From Candidatus Gastranaerophilales bacterium (GTDB taxonomy: Bacteria > Cyanobacteriota > Vampirovibrionia > Gastranaerophilales > Gastranaerophilaceae): a DNA stretch of 64,000 nt. Position 1 is the first letter of the stretch; the number at the start of each line of letters is the position of its first letter. Location: contig CALUUH010000008.1 in the NCBI GenBank assembly GCA_944323875.1, forward strand, positions 1,542 through 65,541, read 5' to 3'. Under the pieces are notes generated by a model. The model had not been told where the DNA came from, ran no database searches, and saw only the letters and a program-made list of their open reading frames with translations. Positions 8,844 to 16,789 of this stretch are shown here, in pieces. The translations under genes and the position numbers were made by a program.

Positions 8844-9362
8844 ATGTCTCTATTAATTTTCGGCTTTCGAAAAATAGACATTATCAGGCAGAAGAACGAT
8901 TTGAACTATCGTTTGATGCAGGTTACCAAAAAGCTGTCTGATTTGCAGCAATACTCTGCAAATATAGGCGATGGTTCTGTATCTATGTTTGATATGATGA
9001 ATACACCTGCATCAATGTTCAACAGGCAGATGATGTTTTCTATGTATTCACACAATATGGCATTGGCCGGTGCCCAACAAAACTTTATGATGATGCAGCC
9101 TATGATGAACATGCAAATGCAGCAAATGGATCCTAGTGCGCAAGCTATGTATCAACAATGGGTGTTCAAAAATCTGTATCAGCAACAAAAAGAACGAATT
9201 AACAAAGTTGAACAAAAATTATTAAATCAACAGGAAACACAAATTCAACAGGAAAAGGCAAAAATCGAATCTCAATTGAAAATGTTAGATCAAGAATTAC
9301 AAAGTGTTTCTGAAGCAGAAAACAAAGCTATAGAAAACTGGAAACCTAATTATGTAGCATAA
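8844..9362 (+). CDS. Hypothetical Q/M-rich coiled-coil protein
   Basis: 172-aa ORF with RBS AGGAG. The central Met/Gln-rich tract (MMMQPMMNMQMQQM) is flanked by coiled-coil-like segments. Confidence 0.5.
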   Translation: MSLLIFGFRKIDIIRQKNDLNYRLMQVTKKLSDLQQYSANIGDGSVSMFDMMNTPASMFNRQMMFSMYSHNMALAGAQQNFMMMQPMMNMQMQQMDPSAQAMYQQWVFKNLYQQQKERINKVEQKLLNQQETQIQQEKAKIESQLKMLDQELQSVSEAENKAIENWKPNYVA

Positions 9363-9398
9363 ACTTCTGATTAACCCCTATCCTTAAACTGACCATAC

Positions 9399-9429
9399 AA
9401 AAGGGCTCACAATTAATGTGAGCCCTTTT
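9399..9429. terminator. Bidirectional terminator between convergent genes
   Basis: AAAGGGCTCACA-attaa-TGTGAGCCCTTT. Confidence 0.7.
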
Positions 9430-9435
9430 AACATT

Positions 9436-9942
9436 CTATATAATTATTGTATGCGTAACAGGAATATCAAATTCGTCATGCGGAAGTTTTTCAGTATACA
9501 GTTCTTTTGGAATTAGTGAAACAGTTGTAATATCCGGATTTTTAGCTAAAAATCTGTCGTAAAACCCGCCGCCATAACCAAGCCGGTAATTTTGCAAATC
9601 CAACATAAGAGCCGGTACAACAACCAGATCCAAAATATTTGCATCAACAGGAGCAGAACACGGTTCCATAATTTTTAAGTCAGAACATTTAAACTCCAGA
9701 CAATACGGACAAACCAGTAATTTATCGCCATCAACTTTCGGGAAATAAAAATTTTTGTCGTCGTTCAGCAATTCCAGCAAATCTATTTCATTTTTCAACG
9801 GGTAATACAGCATTATATTTTGAGAATTAATATAATAGTCTTTTTGTCTGAGTTCGGTGCAGAACTTTTGACTAACTGTCTTTATATCAATCTCTTTTCG
9901 TTTAGTTTTTGCAATTATACGCAGGTCTCTTTTATTATCCAT
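9436..9942 (-). CDS. 5-formyltetrahydrofolate cyclo-ligase
   Basis: 168 aa. Family-typical YFPKV and GYGGGFYDRFL motifs. Confidence 0.85.
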   Translation of the reverse strand: MDNKRDLRIIAKTKRKEIDIKTVSQKFCTELRQKDYYINSQNIMLYYPLKNEIDLLELLNDDKNFYFPKVDGDKLLVCPYCLEFKCSDLKIMEPCSAPVDANILDLVVVPALMLDLQNYRLGYGGGFYDRFLAKNPDITTVSLIPKELYTEKLPHDEFDIPVTHTIII

Positions 9943-9971
9943 ATTTTTACTATATAATAAAGTCAGGTATT

Positions 9972-10550
9972 ATGACAAATTTATGCAGCAACAATTTAAT
10001 AAATCCTAATTGGGCAAAACACGGCTATATACAGGTTTATACGGGCGACGGCAAAGGTAAAACAACAGCGTCGCTGGGCCTTGCAATGCGTGCACTCGGA
10101 CGCTGCTGGAAAGTTCTTATAATTATGTTCACCAAAGGCGGAGACGATTATGGTGAATTGAAATCATTCAGAAATTTATCGGACGAAATTCGTGAAAATT
10201 TAACCATTGTACAGGCCGGACTGGACAGGATAGTTTATTCCGATAACAAGAATGATTTAGACAGAGAAGAAATTCAAAAGGGCTGGCAGCTTGCCAAAAG
10301 AGCTATCCTTAATGACGAATATAACCTAATTATTCTTGACGAGGCGAATATAGCAATAGATTTAGGACTGATTGAATTGGAAGAAGTCATAGAAGTTTTA
10401 AAAAGCAAGCCTGAGGATATGGAAATCGTTTTAACCGGCCGGAATGCAAGACCGGAGATTATAGAAATTGCGCATCTGGTTTCAGAGATAAGACCTGTTA
10501 AACACTACTGGGACACAGGCATAGCGGCCCGCGAAGGTATTGAATATTAA
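9972..10550 (+). CDS. cobO: Cob(I)yrinic acid a,c-diamide / cob(I)alamin adenosyltransferase
   Basis: YTGDGKGKTTASLGLAMRALG P-loop and ILDE. The start is moved to the ATG at 9972 because the 9909 extension overlaps the divergent gene. Confidence 0.85.
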   Translation: MTNLCSNNLINPNWAKHGYIQVYTGDGKGKTTASLGLAMRALGRCWKVLIIMFTKGGDDYGELKSFRNLSDEIRENLTIVQAGLDRIVYSDNKNDLDREEIQKGWQLAKRAILNDEYNLIILDEANIAIDLGLIELEEVIEVLKSKPEDMEIVLTGRNARPEIIEIAHLVSEIRPVKHYWDTGIAAREGIEY

Positions 10551-10653
10551 CCGTAGGAAGGAATTTTTAACAAATATGTATAGCACAGCTTTATTGAGTT
10601 GCTAGGGGCCTAAGGAGTAAATAAAGACGTTAGGACGATAAGTCCATTAATAT

Positions 10654-10739
10654 GTGACTAGGTGACTAAGTGATTAGGTGATTAAGTGGTTACCAAAATA
10701 AGGCAGTAAGTTGCTAAGGCACTAAGGCAGTAAGGAGTT
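10654..10739. repeat. Two adjacent arrays of 8-bp-period degenerate repeats
   Basis: GTGACTAG GTGACTAA GTGATTAG GTGATTAA GTGGTTAC (10654-10693), then AAGGCAGT AAGTTGCT AAGGCACT AAGGCAGT AAGGAGTT (10700-10739). Confidence 0.85.
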
Positions 10740-10857
10740 ACAGAAGCGGTGAACTGTTCACTGTTTTTCTTGGAAAAATCTGTGATAAATTATACCCTTT
10801 TGGTCAATTTAATTTTTCATAATTTATGAAACAATATAATATAAACAGGCGAAAGGT

Positions 10858-11280
10858 ATGATGAGGCACTTTACATTTTTGCTCGGTTTAATATTGTTTT
10901 TGTCAGCCGGAAATAGTTTGGCAGAAGCTGTCGGATGCAAATCTCATAAATATTACGAAAAGGATTACCAGCAGGCGTGGTGCGCGGCTTCGGGCGGCAC
11001 GACAGAATATGTTCTGCCAGATAAAGCAAGAGTTGACTGTGTTACAAATACTCATGCAATAGAATTTGATTTTGCAAAAAAATGGGCTGAATCTATCGGT
11101 CAAGCACTGTATTATGGTAAGAAACTTAACAAGCGCCCCGGTATTGTTCTGATTGTGGAAAACGGCGTCAAGGATGAAAAATATATTAACAGAGTCAAAA
11201 CCGTTGCACAGGACAGCAACATATCTCTCTGGCTTATGACGCCTGAAGATATGTTATCAGATAAAAAGAGTGCACCTTAG
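10858..11280 (+). CDS. Hypothetical secreted protein
   Basis: N-terminal signal-like MMRHFTFLLGLILFLSAGNSLAEA. The stretch RVDCV...IEFDFAKKW loosely resembles a PD-(D/E)xK core (weak). Confidence 0.5.
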   Translation: MMRHFTFLLGLILFLSAGNSLAEAVGCKSHKYYEKDYQQAWCAASGGTTEYVLPDKARVDCVTNTHAIEFDFAKKWAESIGQALYYGKKLNKRPGIVLIVENGVKDEKYINRVKTVAQDSNISLWLMTPEDMLSDKKSAP

Positions 11281-11289
11281 TTAAGTCTG

Positions 11290-11598
11290 TTAAGCGGATT
11301 GAAGTTTGTCAACAGATATTGTGTACCCCAGCCCGCCTAATATTTTGTTTATTGTTACAAGACTCGGTGTTTTTGTTCGCCCGTGCAAAATATCAACCAG
11401 CTGTACTCTGTTCATGCCGACATCCTCGGCAAATTTGCTTACGGTTGTGCGTGCTTTGATTACCTGTTCTAATGCCCTGAAAAATTCAATGTAATCTCCG
11501 TCTTGAGCGTACTCAATAAGAGTCTGTCTTATCCATTCACGCTGAAATTCAGGGTTTTGTAATTCTTTATTTAAATAATCATCAAACTTTATGTTCAT
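11290..11598 (-). CDS. higA: HigA-type antitoxin (addiction-module antidote, HTH)
   Basis: 102 aa with a C-terminal HTH (FAEDVGMNRVQLVDILHGRTKTPSLVTINKILGGLGY). 4-nt overlap with the upstream toxin gene. Confidence 0.75.
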   Translation of the reverse strand: MNIKFDDYLNKELQNPEFQREWIRQTLIEYAQDGDYIEFFRALEQVIKARTTVSKFAEDVGMNRVQLVDILHGRTKTPSLVTINKILGGLGYTISVDKLQSA

Positions 11599-11924
11599 TG
11601 CTTTTTACTCCTGGTTATATAGTCTTTAAGGTATTTATCGGCTTGCTTAATAACTCTTTTTTGATCGCTTTTGTCACTTCCTGCTATTATTAGAATTATT
11701 ACATTATCTAATTCTTTAAAATAAATACGGTATCCTTTACCAAAAAATAGACGCATTTCACATAATTCGCTGTTTTGTAAATGTTTCCAGTCTCCGTAGT
11801 TGCCATCGCGCATTCTGTTTATACGCTTGTTGATACGAATGCGGTAATCAACACTTAGTGTTTGAACCCATTCAATGTAAGGACATTTACCCTCTGCAGT
11901 TGTGTATAATTCTATTTCTTTCAT
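11595..11924 (-). CDS. higB: HigB/RelE-superfamily toxin (addiction-module killer protein)
   Basis: 109 aa. ...GKCPYIEWV...INRMRDGNYGDWKHL...GKGYRIYF...IAGSDKSDQKRVIKQA matches the killer-protein family pattern. Toxin-first order is typical of higBA. Confidence 0.75.
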   Translation of the reverse strand: MKEIELYTTAEGKCPYIEWVQTLSVDYRIRINKRINRMRDGNYGDWKHLQNSELCEMRLFFGKGYRIYFKELDNVIILIIAGSDKSDQKRVIKQADKYLKDYITRSKKQ

Positions 11925-11932
11925 ATATTTAT

Positions 11933-11950
11933 TGTAGCATATCTGCTACA
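11933..11950. promoter_or_regulatory. Inverted repeat upstream of higB (candidate HigA operator)
   Basis: TGTAGCA-tatc-TGCTACA, 9 nt upstream of the higB start codon. Confidence 0.45.
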
Positions 11951-11986
11951 CTTTGTCAAGCGGCACAAATTTTTTTAAAAAGGGGG

Positions 11987-12020
11987 TTGACTTGGAGTTG
12001 ACTCCAGATTGTAGTATAAT
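11987..12020 (+). promoter_or_regulatory. Promoter with an embedded palindrome (MerR-type architecture?) upstream of the flavodoxin-to-larE block
   Basis: TTGACT (11987-11992). Perfect palindrome TGGAGT-tg-ACTCCA (11993-12006). TAGTAT at 19-nt spacing or TATAAT (12015-12020) at 22 nt. Confidence 0.45.
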
Positions 12021-12046
12021 ATGGTAAAGCAATTTATGGAGATGGT

Positions 12047-12619
12047 ATGAATAAAAAATTAATTATTTCAATTTTAGGTTTGGTTGTTATTTTATGCTCT
12101 CTGGGCATATACAAGGTTTTGGCTGATCAAAACAAGGAGGTCTATATGGACGATAAAAAAATACTTATTGCATACTTTTCCCACTCAGATAACACAAAAG
12201 CTGTTGCCGAAAAAATTCAGGATATTACAGGTGGTGACTTGTTTGAGATAAAACCGCAAAAGCCTTATCCGCGTGAATATAATGCAGTTGTTGAAATAGG
12301 TAAACAAGAAAAGGAAAACAATGTATTTCCTGAATTGGCGGATAACGGAAATGTTGAAAATTATGATATAGTATTTATAGGAACACCTGTATGGTGGTAC
12401 ACAATGGCCGGCCCTGTCAAAACATTTATTGCCAATAACAATTTTGACGGCAAGATAATTGCTCCTTTCTGTACTCATGGCGGCGGCGGTGCTTCCGCAA
12501 CTTATACTGATATGCAGAAACTTGCCCCGAATGCTACTGTGACAGAAGGATTTACTTCTTATGAACATTCTGCTAAAACAGAAGATGTAAAAAAATGGAT
12601 AAGTGGTTTAAAATTTTAG
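12047..12619 (+). CDS. Flavodoxin-family protein, possibly with an N-terminal membrane/signal anchor
   Basis: ILIAYFSHSDNTKAVAEKI and FIGTPVWWYTMAGPV flavodoxin-like motifs. Residues 1-25 are hydrophobic. An alternative internal start at 12146 has a stronger RBS (AAGGAGG). Confidence 0.75.
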   Translation: MNKKLIISILGLVVILCSLGIYKVLADQNKEVYMDDKKILIAYFSHSDNTKAVAEKIQDITGGDLFEIKPQKPYPREYNAVVEIGKQEKENNVFPELADNGNVENYDIVFIGTPVWWYTMAGPVKTFIANNNFDGKIIAPFCTHGGGGASATYTDMQKLAPNATVTEGFTSYEHSAKTEDVKKWISGLKF

Positions 12620-12628
12620 AGGATAAAA

Positions 12629-13867
12629 ATGAAACGAAGAGAATTCATAATTAATTCGGCACTTGCAGCGGGCGGCGCTGCATTGCTTGCCGGATGCGGT
12701 AAAAAGGAAATTAAAAAATCGGAAAATCAGGTTGTGAGAAGAAAATTTGACAATCTTGAAATTCCTTTAATTGCCCTTGGATGTATGCGTTTGCCTATGA
12801 GCAACGGTAAGATTGATATGGTCGAACTTGACAAAATGGTTGCGTATGCAATGGAGCACGGGGCAAATTATTTTGACACGGCATATATGTATGTTGATGG
12901 GAAATCAGAAAATGCTATCGGTGAAATTTTGAAACAGTACCCGCGTGACAGTTTCTTTTTAACCGATAAAAATCCGTCATATCTTGTTAATTCGCCGGCT
13001 GATGTTCACAGAATATTTAAAGAACAGTTGAAAAAGTGTCAGGTGGAATATTTTGATAACTATATGGTGCACAACATAAATAAAAATACCATAAGCAACT
13101 ATCGTGATAATGATATGTACGGAGAACTTTTAAAGCTTAAAAAAGACGGCTTGATTAAGCATCTCGGATTTTCATTCCACGGAGATCCTAAAATGCTCAA
13201 GGAAGTTATTTCCGAACATAAATGGGATTTTTGCCAGTTACAATTGAACTATTTGGATTGGGAAGTTGTGAACGGCGACCAGTTGTATGAAATTGCAGAG
13301 GAAGCTAATGTGCCTGTAATTGTTATGGAACCGCTGCGGGGCGGCGCTTTGTGCAATATTCCGGCAAAAGCTGCGGAAAAACTTAAAGCGGAATGTCCGG
13401 AGGATACACAGGCCTCTTTCGGGTTGCGCTGGGTTGCAAACAAACCGCTTGTGTTTACTATTCTTAGCGGTATGAGTAATTTACAGCAGGTTAAGGAAAA
13501 TATTGATACTTTCGTAAATTACAGACCGTTTACCGAAAAAGAAGAAAAAACAGCGCACGAAATAGCGCAGATTATCCAATCTCAAGGCGCTATTAATTGT
13601 ACGGCCTGTAAGTATTGTATGGAAGTTTGTCCGAGAGGGATAAATATTCCGGCAATTTTCGGACTTTATAATTTGTATAAAGCAAGCGCTCAGCCAAACG
13701 CAGCATTTATGTTTGTAACAAATTATAATGCGCTGAAAGAAGAAGAACGTGCAGATAAATGTATTCATTGCGGACTTTGTAACAAAAACTGTCCGCAAGG
13801 TTTGGATATACCTAAACTGCTTGCTGATGTGCTTGCAAAAGTTAAGGAAGTTGAACAGGGAATGTAA
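12629..13867 (+). CDS. Aldo/keto reductase fused to a C-terminal 2x[4Fe-4S] ferredoxin domain, with a twin-arginine signal and lipobox
   Basis: MKRREFIINSALAAGGAALLAGCG (RR motif plus LAGC). AKR core LGCMRLP...GANYFDTAYMY. CTACKYCMEVCP and CIHCGLCNKNCP. Confidence 0.8.
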   Translation: MKRREFIINSALAAGGAALLAGCGKKEIKKSENQVVRRKFDNLEIPLIALGCMRLPMSNGKIDMVELDKMVAYAMEHGANYFDTAYMYVDGKSENAIGEILKQYPRDSFFLTDKNPSYLVNSPADVHRIFKEQLKKCQVEYFDNYMVHNINKNTISNYRDNDMYGELLKLKKDGLIKHLGFSFHGDPKMLKEVISEHKWDFCQLQLNYLDWEVVNGDQLYEIAEEANVPVIVMEPLRGGALCNIPAKAAEKLKAECPEDTQASFGLRWVANKPLVFTILSGMSNLQQVKENIDTFVNYRPFTEKEEKTAHEIAQIIQSQGAINCTACKYCMEVCPRGINIPAIFGLYNLYKASAQPNAAFMFVTNYNALKEEERADKCIHCGLCNKNCPQGLDIPKLLADVLAKVKEVEQGM

Positions 13868-13869
13868 TA

Positions 13870-15150
13870 GTGAAACATTTATATAAAATCAGAGTTATAA
13901 CTTCTTTAATAGTTTTTGCGATTGTAGTATTGGGAATGTTAGGTATTTTTTATCCGGCAAAGATTTTTGATTTGCAATTTTTGCCGGTTGCCCAGAGAGT
14001 GATTGTAGATTTTTCTGTTGCAGCTCTTGTGGTTTTGATATTTCTTGTCGGAGCGACATTGATTTTTGGGCGTGTGTATTGCTCTTTAATCTGTCCTTTC
14101 GGGATATTGCAGGAACTTATCGGATTTGTAAAAGGCAAAGTTAAGAAAAATCATAGCGGCAGACAGATAAATTTCCCGCTGAAATATTTTGTTGCCGCGA
14201 TTGTATGGGGAATACTTTTGGGCGGCAGTGCAGTTGCAATAAGATATATTGAGCCTTATACATTGTTTGGCTCAGCATTGTCCGGAACTATCCTCGGGCT
14301 GGCTGCGGTTGTGATTATTCTTACGGCCGTTATACTGAAAGACAGAATATTTTGTACAAATTTTTGTCCGGTGGGTGTGCTGCTCGGACTTTTATCAAAA
14401 GTTTCGCTGAATAAAATCTATATTTCTGATATTTGTGTTGCCTGCGGGCAGTGCGAAAGAAATTGTCCTTCCGGCTGCATTGATGTCAAAAATAAAACGG
14501 TTGATAACGAGACATGTATAAAGTGTTTAAAATGCATTGATATATGTCCGAAAAGCGGTATTAAATACGGCATTAAACCAAAAGGCGAAGTAAAATTCAA
14601 TCCTAAAAGGAGAGATTTGATTATTGCAGTATCAGCGCTTGCCGTGTTTGGCGGAATGATTAAGGCCGGAATTGAAATTAAAGACAAAATTGTCGAAAAG
14701 ATTAAGGATGTAATCTTGCCGCCGGGGGCTGTTGATAAAGAAAGATTTTTGAACAAGTGCCTGAATTGTAATCTTTGTGTTGAAAATTGCCCGAATAAAA
14801 TTATAAAGAAAGCAGATTCAGAATACGGAGCAGTTCACTTAGATTATTCAAATGCACCTTGCAAATTTGATTGCCACAAGTGTTCAGAGGTTTGTCCGAG
14901 CGGAGCAATAAAACGTATCGGACTAGAGGAAAAACAGCGCACACGTATTGCTATGGCAATGATAAATAAGGACAAATGCGCTGAATGCGGTCTGTGCGTT
15001 GAGGCTTGCCCTGTACATGCTATAATCAAAGAAAACGGTAAAGTGCCGATTTTGAATGCAATGAAGTGTATTGGCTGCGGAGCGTGTAAACATGCATGTC
15101 ACTTCGGTGCAATAGAAGTTTTTCCTATAAAGGAACAAAAAACAATTTAA
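13870..15150 (+). CDS. Membrane-bound polyferredoxin (NapH/MauN-like 4Fe-4S binding protein)
   Basis: GTG start. Several TM segments. CSLICPFG and CTNFCPVG (CxxxCP) plus six CxxCxxCxxxC(P) motifs. Confidence 0.8.
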   Translation: MKHLYKIRVITSLIVFAIVVLGMLGIFYPAKIFDLQFLPVAQRVIVDFSVAALVVLIFLVGATLIFGRVYCSLICPFGILQELIGFVKGKVKKNHSGRQINFPLKYFVAAIVWGILLGGSAVAIRYIEPYTLFGSALSGTILGLAAVVIILTAVILKDRIFCTNFCPVGVLLGLLSKVSLNKIYISDICVACGQCERNCPSGCIDVKNKTVDNETCIKCLKCIDICPKSGIKYGIKPKGEVKFNPKRRDLIIAVSALAVFGGMIKAGIEIKDKIVEKIKDVILPPGAVDKERFLNKCLNCNLCVENCPNKIIKKADSEYGAVHLDYSNAPCKFDCHKCSEVCPSGAIKRIGLEEKQRTRIAMAMINKDKCAECGLCVEACPVHAIIKENGKVPILNAMKCIGCGACKHACHFGAIEVFPIKEQKTI

Positions 15151-15165
15151 ACAAAGGAGAAAGAT

Positions 15166-15381
15166 ATGTCATTAGGAATAACAGAAATTTTACTTATACT
15201 GGTTGTGATTTTACTTTTATTCGGCGGTAAAAGAATACCGGAAATTGCAAGAGCGCTCGGGCGTGCATCTTACGAATATAAAAAAGCAAAAAATATCTTG
15301 AAAGAAGAAGCACAAGGACTTAAAGACGCGATTGAAAGTACGGCTGAAAAACCTGAAGAATACCAGCCAAAAGATGTGTAA
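15166..15381 (+). CDS. tatA: Twin-arginine translocase subunit TatA/E
   Basis: 71 aa. [32 protein letters not shown] is canonical (FG hinge plus amphipathic helix). Confidence 0.9.
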   Translation: MSLGITEILLILVVILLLFGGKRIPEIARALGRASYEYKKAKNILKEEAQGLKDAIESTAEKPEEYQPKDV

Positions 15382-15384
15382 GTT

Positions 15385-16116
15385 ATGAATGAAGAAAAGG
15401 ATGAAAGTTTAATCTCGCATTTGGAAGCACTTAGAGATACATTGTTGAAATGTATTATCTCTTTTTGTATTGCATTGCCGTTTACATTGTGGGCGGCACC
15501 TGCTGTTCTGGATTGGCTGATTCATACGATTTTGCAGGACAGTAATGTTAAACTCAACTTCTTTTCTCCGGCCGAGGTGTTTTTGATACAGATAAAAACA
15601 GCTATGGTTCTGGCGGTTATTGTTGCTTTTCCTTATATGGCAAAAAAACTCTGGGATTTTGTTTTGCCGGCACTGTATGATAACGAAAAAAAATTCATAA
15701 AGACGGCAGTACTTTCTTCAACGTTTTTGTTTGTATGCGGGGCCGCATTTTGTATTCTGGTTATACTTCCGCTTGTCATAAAATTCGGATTGAGTTTTGC
15801 GGGGCCGAATGTCGATCCGGTGTTTGGAATTTCAAATATAATGAATTTAACGCTGATGATGTCAATTGCTTTCGGGCTTATGTTTCAGATGCCGCTGGTG
15901 ACAATAGCTTTAATCCGTTCAGGCGTTATATCTTATGAAACGGTAAGTGATAAAAGACCTTACGTGATAGTTATTATATTAATTCTTGCGGCGATATTTA
16001 CACCGCCTGATGTGGTCAGTCAGCTTATGCTCGGTATTCCGACATATCTTTTGTTTGAACTTGGACTTTTGCTTGCCAGAATAAATAACAAAAAAATAAA
16101 GGTGGAAAATGAGTGA
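15385..16116 (+). CDS. tatC: Twin-arginine translocase subunit TatC
   Basis: 243 aa, six hydrophobic segments. SLISHLEALRDTLLK N-terminus and FTPPDVVSQ motif. Confidence 0.9.
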   Translation: MNEEKDESLISHLEALRDTLLKCIISFCIALPFTLWAAPAVLDWLIHTILQDSNVKLNFFSPAEVFLIQIKTAMVLAVIVAFPYMAKKLWDFVLPALYDNEKKFIKTAVLSSTFLFVCGAAFCILVILPLVIKFGLSFAGPNVDPVFGISNIMNLTLMMSIAFGLMFQMPLVTIALIRSGVISYETVSDKRPYVIVIILILAAIFTPPDVVSQLMLGIPTYLLFELGLLLARINNKKIKVENE

Positions 16117-16789
16117 TAAATATGTAGAACTTGATTTTGCAAAACTTGATATTGAACGTCAAAAACGCCGCGGATGTTCTGAGGCTGTGTTTTGCGAATG
16201 CAAGACTAATGAACAGCTTATAAAGATTTTTAAAACATTTCATGAACACGGACAAAATGTTATAGGTACAAGAGTTACACCTGAACAGGCACAGGCTTTG
16301 CTGGAAGAATTTTCTGATATAAAATATAATTCTGCGGCGCGGGTTGTGACATTGGTCCAATCAGATATCAGTAAAACAGGAGAGATAGCAATATGCACGG
16401 GCGGCACAGGTGATATTCCGGTTGCGGAAGAAGCAGCAGCCGTTGCAGAGTTTTACGGAAGTAATGTCAAAAAGTATTATGATGTAGGTGTTGCCGGAAT
16501 ACACAGATTGTTTGACAAAATTGATGAAATACGAAAGGCAAATGTCATTATTGCGGTTGCAGGCATGGAAGGAGCTCTTGGCGGAATTTTGGCCGGACTG
16601 GTGGACAAACCTGTGATTGCAGTGCCGACCTCTGTTGGATACGGAGCATCTTTTAAGGGGCTTTCTTCACTTTTGACAATGCTTAACAGCTGCGCGGAAG
16701 GTCTGACTGTTGTTAATATAGATAACGGTTTTAATGCAGGATACAGCGCCGCACAGATTAACAGACTTATTTCAGGAGGGAAAAATTAA
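16109..16789 (+). CDS. larB: Nickel-pincer cofactor biosynthesis protein LarB (PurE-like carboxylase/hydrolase)
   Basis: DIERQKRRGCSEAVFC, ICTGGTGDIPVAEEAA, AVAGMEGALGGILAGL. 8-nt overlap with tatC. Confidence 0.85.
   Translation: MSDKYVELDFAKLDIERQKRRGCSEAVFCECKTNEQLIKIFKTFHEHGQNVIGTRVTPEQAQALLEEFSDIKYNSAARVVTLVQSDISKTGEIAICTGGTGDIPVAEEAAAVAEFYGSNVKKYYDVGVAGIHRLFDKIDEIRKANVIIAVAGMEGALGGILAGLVDKPVIAVPTSVGYGASFKGLSSLLTMLNSCAEGLTVVNIDNGFNAGYSAAQINRLISGGKN

Noticed and set aside
9909-9971. Longer start for cobO (MQLYAGLFYYPYFYY...).
   Set aside because: The extension overlaps the 5' end of the divergent cyclo-ligase gene and is low-complexity. The conserved protein begins near the ATG at 9972.
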